Positions 12,646 to 22,423 of a stretch of 64,000 nucleotides of DNA are shown here, in pieces. The stretch covers positions 1,564,960 to 1,628,959 of the forward strand of contig MU059403.1 in the NCBI GenBank assembly GCA_013265495.1. The letters are read 5' to 3'. A program made the translations under genes and the position numbers. This DNA is from Vicugna vicugna (Eukaryota). The notes under the pieces were generated by a model. It searched no databases. It saw only the letters and a program-made list of their open reading frames with translations, and was not told the origin of the DNA. The number at the start of each line of letters is the position of its first letter. Position 1 is the stretch's first letter.

Positions 12646-13695
12646 AATGAATTAACACTTTCCTGATTCATGGATTAGAGTCTTTTTTTTTTAACCCAAA
12701 TCTCTACTGTTGGGCATTTAATTTCCTTCAGATTAGCTTTTTCTATTAGAATAGCATTGCAGTGAGCAAGTGCTGTGCATACATTTGTGTGCTTTTCTGA
12801 TTTTGTCTCTACGTTTACTCTGGGTGTGGAATGGCGGGACACCAAGACTGTGAAGGCTCCGAACACGTGTTACAGACAGAGTCAGGGTTTCCGTGTTTGT
12901 GAAGCACCTGGAAGTGTGGGAAGCGCCTGGAGCCGGTCAGCCCTCGACGCTCGGCATCAGCAGGTCTCTTTCCCTTGGCTTCCGCTCTAAGGGTCCATGT
13001 TCATTAGAGCCTTTAGTTTGCAATAATACTGACGGCTCCAAACCTTTAGCCAAAGTTGAGCTAAGCTGGAATATTCTAGGGTCTCAGTTAAGGCTGGTTC
13101 ACCGTGAAGGCTGCCGTCCGCGTCCTCACGCGGTTCTCACGCGGCTCCTCACGTTCCAGTCCCCGTGTCAGCGCGGAGCAGCCGGGCTCGGGTCCCGGGC
13201 GCACACTCTGTCCTGCGGACGCTCAGCCCACGCTTAGGGCGGAGCTGCGGGCAGACGTGCAGCCTCCGGCCCGGGGACTGCGTCTGAGGTCGCCGGCCAC
13301 AGCCCGCGCCGCCCCGCCGGGCCGCGCTCAGGCCCCGGGCTCCAGCTCGCCACTCCTCACCTTGTCAGTTTGCTGAGCGTCGAAACGCGTGCTTTGAGCT
13401 GCCCACACGCTCCGTTGCTGTTAAACGGGTGTTTCGACGGACGTCCAACCATCCGTTTCTCTCCCCTGGGAATTTTGACCTGATGGTAATTTTAGACCTT
13501 TTTTTTCTACTAAAAGGACCAAGGAGTCGTTCAGAGCTTTGGGTGCAGCCCTGAGCCCATTCTCCTCCTTCTGTGACATCTCAAGGCCTGAGAGGAACGA
13601 GAGGTGCTGGAACCAGGAGCACCTGGGCCGGGACAGTTTTGCTGCCGTCTGTGAGGCTGCACTGCCTGCTGCGGGTCACAGCTGGCGGAAGAGCC

Positions 13696-13787
13696 TGAGT
13701 GTGTGTGAGTGCGTGTGAGAGTGTGCATGAGTGTGTGGGTGAGTGTGTATGTGTGTGAGTGCCTGTGTGTGCGTGTGTATGAGTGTG
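13696..13787. repeat. Degenerate (TG)n / TGAG low-complexity repeat
   Basis: tgagtgtgtgtgagtgcgtgtgagagtgtgcatgagtgtgtgggtgagtgtgtatgtgtgtgag... Confidence 0.9.
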
Positions 13788-14358
13788 GAGGAGCTGGAAT
13801 GTGATGTCCTAAAGAGTCATCCCCAGATGCGCTTGCTTTTCTGGGCTCTAACCCCAAGTACGTAGCAGAACTGCCTTACGATTCCCCAGCATTGCAGTCC
13901 TACAAAGCGTGTTCACTCCCCGCAACCGCCTGAGTCTTCTCGCGGCCCAGGGACGATGGTGCTGGTGCCCCGGCTTCTCTTCACTTCTCCCCCAGAGGGA
14001 CAGCTGAGCACGTGGGAAGAGGGAACTCAGGAGTCTTTGCCATGCCACGCTTTTGATGGCCATGAGACCTGGGATGCAGCATGGGGCTTTGGGCACATGC
14101 CGTGTGCCCGTTAACAGACATTGGGCGTCACCAGCCACAGTTCCTGGCCTTGGAGCTTGGGTCCAGTTGGAAGCTAAGGCACAGGGACAGGAGACAAGTC
14201 CAGAGCACCAGCTGTCCTGATGCGGCTGGAGGGACGGAGGGTGTGGCATGGAGGACACTGTGCCAGGTGAACGTGGCACCAGGGAGCTGGAGTCCCAGTG
14301 AGTCTTCTAAGAGGTGCAGGATTTTCACCTGCAGAGGAGGTCAGCCTGGGCCTCGTAA

Positions 14359-14820
14359 TGTCACTGAAAGCAAGTTCACGTGCCCAACACACCATGAGGC
14401 CGAAGAAACCAAAACGTTGGAGTTTGGAACAGACAAAGGTTTACTGCTGGGCTGAGCAGGGAGGGCGGGGTGGCTGTGCCCCAGGAACCCCCAGCTCCCC
14501 GAAGGGCTTCAGCAAAGCTTCCTCAAAGGCAGGTGAGGGCGGGGGCGCAGGTGCGCGAGCAGCTCGGGCAGGTTCTCTGGTTGATGTCGAGGTCACAGGG
14601 CGTCAACACTCCCCAGCCCCGGGGGCCAGGAGGTCTGGGGGCCCCGCGCTCTCCATCATCAGTAGCTCGTTCCTTCCCTTTGGTGGTGGTTGAGCATCTG
14701 AAAGACTCAGGAAATCTGCGGGAGATACTGTGATCCGGTGCTTCAGAGGGGAGCTGCAGCAGAGGATGTGGGGTGGGGGGTCTGACCCTGGAAGGCCCCT
14801 TAGGGTCATGCTCAGTGACA
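14359..14820 (-). mobile_element. ERV1-class solo LTR (462 bp)
   Basis: Starts TGTCACTGA and ends TCAGTGACA (perfect 9-bp terminal inverted repeat). Flanks GTAA/GTGA fit a 4-bp TSD with one mismatch. Body resembles recalled laurasiatherian ERV1 LTRs. Strand inferred from a decayed reverse poly(A) signal (tttactg). Confidence 0.75.
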
Positions 14821-16408
14821 GTGAAACAATAGGAAGGGGGTTTAAAATGAGTGTTTTTAGAGAACGGAATGAAGGCCACGTGCTGGGGCGGGTCTCATGT
14901 GGCCGGTGCCGTGGCCGGTGCCATGGTCGGCAAGGCTGGCAGAGGGGTTCGCCTCCGGCAGAGGTGTTGAGAGCGCTGGTCTCTCTGAGGCGTTTCAGGT
15001 GCTGTCACGTCCGTGTGGCTCTGAGCTCAGAAAAGGAACATCTGATGAAGCACAGGGTCTGGTTTTGAAGACCCTGCTATCCAGACAGTGGCCCTGCCTC
15101 TGAGGAGCAGTTTAGGGTCCTGTTCTTGGTTTATACTTGGGAGCCCCGGCAGCACTACTAGGTAGAGTTCATCGTGTGCAAACAGCCACATGTGCTCCTA
15201 GACCGCATCATGAGGCACCTCTGTTTCTCCCAGGGCCGGTGGCTTCTGCGCATCAGCAGCAGACTTAGCCTGGTGACTCCTCTCCAGGGGCAAAGGGCCC
15301 CACCTACTAGGGTTATCTGACACTGTCCTGAGCCACCCAGAGCCCCTCACGGCTCAGCCACAGAACACGGGGACGGCTGGGGCCAGGGCTGGGCCCCGAT
15401 GCTCCTGGACGGCACCTGCCTGTGACCTGGTAAGTATTGATGTCTGCTCCTTCCTAACGTGGGAGTCATTGTTGGTGTCTCTGGTCCAGCCGCTCCCAGC
15501 AGATGGAAGAGGCTGACTCAGAGTGGACGGAGCAGCCAGTCTGGGGGAATGCGCTGCCTCCACAACGTCACTGAAACAAGCTGGACGGCAGGACCGGGAA
15601 ATCAAAGCCACTGAGCAGAAGTCACAGATTCAACCCACGTCTCTCTGTTCACGTTGTGCTTGGTGGGAGCCCTGCAGTCTCTGTGCGATGGAAAGAGGGA
15701 AAAAGAGACGAACTAAAGAACAGCTTATGTCTTCTCTCTGCTGTGTCTTCACAAAGACTAGCGGGGAGCGTGTGGCCCAGGTCAGAACTTGACTGGCACG
15801 CTGTTAAGTCTGAAGGAGCTGTTCTCCATCACGTTCATCTCCGAGCTGCTCTGTGGCTTTTTCCCCGAAGCGGGGTTGGCTGCAGACCCGTCCAGGCCCA
15901 CTGTGGCTCACCGTGCATCAGCCCCAGCTTCTGAAGGCTGATATTGCAAACCTGCCCGAGTCCCTGTTCAGTGCGTTCAGGCCGGTGTGGATCTACGGCG
16001 CTTTACAAAAAAAATAGTCCTGGTTCCAGCTCTCTGCCCTCCAAATCCACATCGTGTGACTTCAGTACAGCGTGAGGGTCCAGGGTGAGACCTCAGCCTT
16101 CATGGAGCTGCCCTTCCTGGAAGAGAACCATAAACCCAGGCGTTACCCCCCCGGCCTGCAGGCCACGGCCCCACGATGCCGGGCCTGGTGAGCTGTGGGT
16201 GTGCGGTGGCTAGGCCAGGAGGGGCAGATGCTGGAGGCGGAGATTTTGTCTTTTCATTTTTCTAACTAACGAATTCATTCATTTATTTGTGATTAACCCC
16301 TTATGCACCACGCGTGAGCAGAGAGAAGTTGGGCAGCTGGGGTTGGGGGCTGAGAAGGTCAGAGAACATTGCTGTGGAGACACAAGTGGCCCCTAGACTC
16401 CTCATCAT

Positions 16409-16603
16409 GTATGAGGTCATGACTCCCCGTGTGAGGATACATTCCCCTGTGTGAGGTCATACCCCCTCATGTGAGGTCGCACCCCTCCATGTAAGGTCAC
16501 ACCTTGCTGTGTGAGGTCACGACCCCCTGTGTGAGGTCACGCTCCCCTGTGTGAAGTCACACCCCCCCGTGTGAGGTCACACTGACCCCCCCGTGAGGTC
16601 ACG
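16409..16603. repeat. 20-bp minisatellite, 10 units, consensus about GTGTGAGGTCACACCCCCCT
   Basis: GTGAGGTCAC-like cores at 16411, 16431, 16451, 16471, 16491, 16511, 16531, 16551, 16571 (exact 20-bp period) and 16593. Confidence 0.95.
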
Positions 16604-17458
16604 GCCCCCCTGCAGGGACTGCTGTGCTTGTGTGTCTGTGATGAGACCTCAGGTGGCGTCCGAGGCGTCCCTGAGAAGCAGCCCCTGACGTCCCATGTCC
16701 TGTCCCCGGTCCTGACCTCTGACCTCCCGTGTCCTGTCCCCGATCCTGACGCTCAAGCCTGGGATCCTTCTGTCCATCTCAGCTGCTCACCGTCTCTGCC
16801 ACATGCAGCAGACTTACTGCCATTTGTCCTGCTGATGGGGCATCAGATGTCCCTGTCCTTTGAGTCCCGCTCCCCTGCAGGGGCCTCTCTGTGTGTGCGT
16901 GACGTCTGTCCTCAGTGACGTGAGCCCACCCTCTTCCCCTCTGCTCTGCAGCCCCACCTCTGGGGCCCGGCCAGTCCTGCCCCCGCCACTCAGTTCTGAT
17001 GTCAGCTGGTCCAGGGCAGACGCCACTTAAATGAACTCACAGCAGACATGAGTGGCCCATCTTTAGCTTCCAAATTGCCCAACGCGATCCCCTGTCATCA
17101 GGCTGAGGGCAGAGGTTGTCTCTAGGGTGTACAAGTGCAGACCAGTGTTTGGACAGCTCGCTTCGTAGACGGCGTGGCAGGACTTACCGGCACCTGACCA
17201 TCTAACACATGGAAAAGGATTCACCAGAGTGTTGACTTAAAACTGCCACTTGACTGAAGGACGCGTGTGCACAGCACCCAGTCTGGACATCGATGTGGCT
17301 CTCTTTTCCCTTCCAAGTATTTTTTGAGTACTTTCTATGCATCTTTTATAAGTAAAGCAGTTAAATCTTACAGTTATTTTGACTGGGGAATGTTTTTCAT
17401 GTGATGATGTCAAGTCATTTTGTTGTTTCCCTCCTTTATTGTTGCCAGGCAACCTGTC

Positions 17459-17919
17459 TGTATCGGTGCCCTAGGGGCTGTCATCACAAATGTCCACAAG
17501 CCGAGTGGCTTAAGTGACAGGCGCTCATTGTCTCGCGGTTCTGGAGGCTGGATGTCCAAGATCGAGCTGTCTGCAGGGTTGGTTCGTTCTGAGGCTGCGC
17601 AGGAGAGTCTGTTCCAGGCCTCTCGTCAGCTTCTGACGGTTTATTTTCAGTCTTTGCTCTTCCTTGGGTTGTGGCTGCATCTCCCCATCTCTGCCTGCGT
17701 CTCTGTGTGGTGCTCTCCCTGCACGCGTGTCTGTGTCCAAACTCCCCCATTTTATAGGGACACTGGTCATAAAGGCTCATCCTCCTTCAGGGTGACTCAG
17801 TTTCACGTGACTGATTACATCTGTAAAGGCCCCGATTCCAAATAAGGGCTCATTCTGAGGTAACGGGAGTGAGGACCTCACATCTGAATTTTGAGGAGGA
17901 CACAATTCAGTCTCTAAGA
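17459..17919 (-). mobile_element. MLT1-family (ERVL-MaLR) solo LTR
   Basis: tgtatcggtgccctaggggctgtcatcacaaa...gtggcttaa...gttctggaggctgga-gtccaagatc...gattacatctgtaaag...ttccaaataagg...ggacacaattcag matches the recalled reverse MLT1C/D consensus. Confidence 0.85.
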
Positions 17920-18074
17920 TCAGTGATTGGATTTAGGGTCCATCCTAATTGGGTACGATCTCATCTTAAATAGATTCCATTTGCAAAGCCCTTCTTTCCA
18001 GACAGGTCACATTCACAGGTACCCGGGGTTAGGACGGAATATGTACTTTTGTGTGGGGTCGTTCAGCCCACAAG
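17920..18074 (-). mobile_element. Second, partial MLT1 LTR directly abutting the first
   Basis: cagtgattggatttagggtccatcctaat...ctcatcttaa...ggtcacattcacaggtacccggggttaggac...ttcagcccacaa repeats the same end of the MLT1 consensus with a different sequence. Confidence 0.75.
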
Positions 18075-19882
18075 AACACCTACAGAACGTGCTGCCTGGG
18101 TTCTGTGTCGCTTGGGGCGACAATCTTAGCTTCCCTGTGTTCTTGTAGGAGGAAGAGACCAGGATCCAGGTTCTCCAGTCCTTTCCGGTAAAACTGTGTT
18201 TCAGAGTGAAGTGTTCCGGGGGTGGGGGCAGGAAAGCTTCCTTTGAAGGTCATAATAACATGACAGAGTGAACTGCGGTGGCCCAGAGAAGATGGCTCCA
18301 GAGAGGACGGGCCCCTTCCAGGGCTGAGGTCACGTGGAGAGCATCCCTCACGTCTTAGAGGCACGCCTGCCCGCCTCCCGTTGTGGTTCACTGCGGGCGT
18401 TCTGCTGCGAGGGATTGGCTAAAGGAGACGCCAGATTTTAAAACTTGGTGGGACCTGAGACATCACTCGATGCAAGACCCCGTTTTATAAATGATGAAAT
18501 CTGCCTTGAATTCGGGAAAACTGTCATGTGGACAACTAGGCTGGGGAGAGTTTTGAGACTGCGGGTGAGTAAACACTGATGCCCAGGCATACAGGTCTGG
18601 CCTTACCCCGCTGGGGAAGCGGAGCGTCTCACCCCATGGCCACAGCCTCACTGCAGCCGAGGCCAGCGGGGTCTGGGCTGAGGCTGTGTTTGGGATTTGA
18701 CCTCCCTGCCCACACTAAGTGGGTGGGATGTGGAGGGGGGCCTTCTGCGTCTGCCAGAGCGTGTTCATGTGCCACTTAAAACAGAGCAGGGAACATGCCT
18801 TCCCTTATAAAGATGACCCCGTGTAACTCTGGGCAGCTCGTCCCTGACAACAGGAAATACTTCTGGATCATCTCGTGTAGTTTGCAGTGGGTCAGCCCAA
18901 ATCACTGCAAATATTTCTCCTATCGGGCCATCCCCACTGTGTATCTGAGAGACGCAGGGCCTTTGACCCAAGTCCAGTTGAAGCTGGATGAATCTGAATT
19001 CTGGAGAGGCCAGAGACAGACGATGCTGAACAGAAGGTCAACATTATTTTATTAAAATCACAAGTTTACTTGGGCACGTGAACTTTATGGATGCCCAGAT
19101 GATGTGGAGGAGTTAGTTTCCAAAACACGTGAGGAGTGGGATGAGAGGAAAGGGCAAGAAAGGATGTTTCCAAGTCCCGGACTGTCTGAGAAGTTTCTAG
19201 AACGTGGCTTCTTTGGCTTGGAGTCTTGTGATGGCATCACCCACCGCACACGTCTTTAAAATAGGGTCAGTCACCCCTAAATCACTCATAGACGACTGCC
19301 ACCAGAGTCAGAGCTGCACGTGACTATCTAAAGGTCAAAATTATTTCCACTAATAGTAAAATAATGAAAACTTAAACCAAACATGAATTCCATTCTTGAA
19401 TTAAAATATCAGCACATACGAGCTGTAGGAATGTTTTAATCTTATTGGCTGGACATAGATGCAGAAAAGCTGTTTGAGTTTGTGTGATGGTGATTTGTTA
19501 GGAAATTGAAAGACTATTTTTAACTCTTTTCGGGCCGCCCACACGTTCTCCCTCAATCCTCTTCCTTTGATGGACCTCATTTCCTCAGTTCAGAAGTGAG
19601 TCTTCTGGCTTCTTGAATCCCTTTTACTGAATCAATCTGTCTGAATTTTAAATCATGCCAACACTGAATTTGCTTCTGGAATTTATTTAAACCAAATAAT
19701 GTTTCCCCATATTTTACTTGTGCGTGAAGAATTACAGGGTGTGTTTAAAAGGGAACGCTTCTTGTGGAGGCAAAGATAGGGCTCCCGCCGATCTAAACCG
19801 AGCAACTCAAGTGTGTGTGAAGGGGAAGCTTCAGCTTGCTGTTCGCAGGAGAATATTCCCGACCTTGCCGCCATCCTCTGAG

Positions 19883-19947
19883 ATACACACGCACACGCAC
19901 ACGCACACGCGTATGTGCATGCACACACAACGCACACACACGTATGC
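19883..19947. repeat. (CA/CG) alternating purine-pyrimidine repeat
   Basis: Uninterrupted alternation 19883-19929 (47 nt), then 19930-19947. Confidence 0.9.
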
Positions 19948-21420
19948 TCACACATGATGCTCACTTTTAACTTCTACTGGGATGCTTGGATGGGACCAGA
20001 AGTGACCTCCTGGCGACAGCTGACTTGAACTTTCATCTCTGTTGGTGGAGATTTGTTAAAAGTCCAGTTCCCATTGCTTTATGATCTCACCTTGTGCAAG
20101 GTGTTGTGCAGCTTTGCACAGAGATGGAGGGAGATGTCGTATGAGTGATGGACAAACTTTAAAGTGACAGGTTTCCAGAACCAAAGGAAAACTGCTGTTC
20201 AGAAAATGACATTCAAAATATAAAGGCCAAGGTATCTTTAGAATGGATGCCACTGCGGTAAGATTTGGTCCTATAATGGAATTACAATTTAAAGTGGTAG
20301 TAGTTTGACATATTAGTATCAAAATTCTAAGCATGTTAAATCCAGGTTAGTTAAAATTTGCTTTAGACGAGCAAGCTGACGATGTGGCTATAACTTTTTT
20401 TTTCAGAAAAGGGTATAAACCCTAGTCTTTTGTTCCCAGTCACATGGCAGCTGAGCAGACCTGTTCCGACCAGCCGGTCCGTCGGGCGCGTCTTCCGGTT
20501 CTAGCTCTGTGTTGGCTCTTCTCACCCGTTCTCGCCCCTCAGGGTTTTCCGACGAGCTTCCCAAGGAATCTGATCGGGTGCAGCTGCCGCTCTGCGGGAG
20601 CCCTGCACGGCAGCCGCCGCAGAGTCAGCTGCGTCCGAGTATTCTGAGCGTGGAGTCATTCTGATGCCTTTGGAGCAATCCTAAATTAGATTTTTGTCTC
20701 TGTTTCCATTATAAACTCATTGTTTTCTCGGTCTGACGTTATTCCAGACATACTGGTCTCAAACTTGGCAAGTTCGTTAAATAGCCACCCCAGACGCCAT
20801 TAAGAGCTGCTTCCTCTGACGCATTCTGAGCGAGTTTATCCTCCAGGGCCGGTCGGTGTGGGGTCCGGAGCCAGGGAGTGGGGCGCCGGGGAGCGGGCGC
20901 TGGGGCGAGCCTGCCTTCCCTTCCGATCAGGAGCTGTCAGGGATGCGAAGCGCCAACTCCCGAGGAACACGTAAAGCCGCAGGCAGGCCGCTTCTCTCCC
21001 CGACTCTAAGAGTGGGTGGCGTTTCTGTGGGCCTTCCTGGCAGCGCTTCACCAGGGTCAGAGAATGCGTGTGAGCGGCCACGCTGGAGCGTCTCCTGGGC
21101 ACGTCTCCGCCGGGGGCGGGGGGATGCCTTGTGAGCGCCGGGAGCGAGCAGCGCCTCGGGCTCGCCCTGCCCAGAGCGGGCCCGTTTCCCGGGGCAGGGG
21201 CAGGCTTACAGGCACAGACAGAACTGCGCTCGGTGGTTCTCTCCCCCAAAGATGGTAGAGCCCAGGACAGGCCCAGCAAGGGGGAGCAGGGGCCCCTTCC
21301 CCGGGGCGTCTGAGCCCTGCAGGAAAGGAGGGGAGGGGTCAGCCTGGAGAGAACGGGCGGTGCTGGTTCCGGGACCCCCAAATTCCAATGCAGATCAGCC
21401 AGGGTGTGTGTGTGGATGGC

Positions 21421-21568
21421 AGGACCTGTGTGTGTAACTTAAACTCCCTGCAGGCTGGGGCTTCTGTTCCTCTGAGTGACCCAAAGTGTCCAGGACCCGT
21501 GTGTGTAACTTAAACTCCCTGCGGGCTGGGGCTTCTGTTCCTCTGAGTGACCCACAGTGTCCAGGACC
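21421..21568. repeat. 71-bp direct tandem duplication (2 copies plus 6 nt)
   Basis: aggacc starts at 21421, 21492 and 21563; the two full units differ at 3 positions. Confidence 0.95.
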
Positions 21569-21934
21569 CTGCAGTGAAGGGGAGGACCAGCCCTGCTCCC
21601 CCGTCTCCTGGCTCCTGCCGTCTTTTATGCCCTTTTCATGGTCCAGCACCCGCTGGTGGTGTCGGCTGAGCACAGCTGACCATCTCCTCTGAAAGCCCCA
21701 TTTGTCATGTCTCCTCATAGCACCTGAGCTCTCTGTCAGGTGTGTGATGCTTTGTGGAAGCAGAGCGCACATGTGCGATGAGGTCAGAGGTCCAAGGAGT
21801 GTCGGGGAGGCCACAGTGTGGCCTCTCTGCCCCTCCAGCCCCTGCCTCACCTTCCGTCCCTGAGCCCACTGCTCACAGCGCGGAGCCAGCCTTCCCGGTC
21901 GCAAGGGCCCCCCACCCCGACACCTCCATTCCCC

Positions 21935-22423
21935 TGCTACTGAGTCCAAACTCGTTCTGCTCACCACACAACAGGCCAATAAGTCAGGAGACAAGGTACT
22001 GGGGAAAGAATAGTGACTTTTTTTTTGGAAAGTCAGCAGACTGAGAAGATGGGGGACTAGGGTCCCAAAGAACCATTTTACCCGAGTCAGAATTTACGCT
22101 CCTTTTATACTAAAAGGGGAGCGTTGGTGGTTGTAAACTTCTTGGTGCCAGAATCCTTTGTTCTTGCAGCTGTCCGCTTGGGTCAGGTCAAGATCTTCCT
22201 GTAATTCCAACAAGACAAATGCTATTCTGTGTTTTGCAGCATTTTATCTCTATTTGAATGGAAAGAGTTACACCCTTAAGTATCAGAGCCTGGAGAGTGG
22301 GCTGCCCTGTTTATTTCAGGCTACAGGCAACATTATTGACTTGTGGCAAAAGCAGCAGATTCAAAGGTTAAAGCAGCAGAAACAGATCCAATACAGAATC
22401 AGATCAGTCATTCCCTGTGGCCA
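21935..22423 (-). mobile_element. ERV1-class solo LTR (about 489 bp)
   Basis: tgctactgagtccaaactcgttctgctc...caggccaataagtc...cccaaagaaccat...aaacttcttggtgccagaatcctttgttcttgcagc...aaacagatccaata resembles a recalled laurasiatherian ERV1 LTR. TG...CA ends, flanks CCCC/CCTC, TATAAAA on the minus strand at 22103-22109. Confidence 0.8.

Noticed and set aside
16409-16603. 20-bp array as a CRISPR-like locus
   Set aside because: Units are contiguous with no unique spacers, there are no cas genes, and the context is a mammalian intron.
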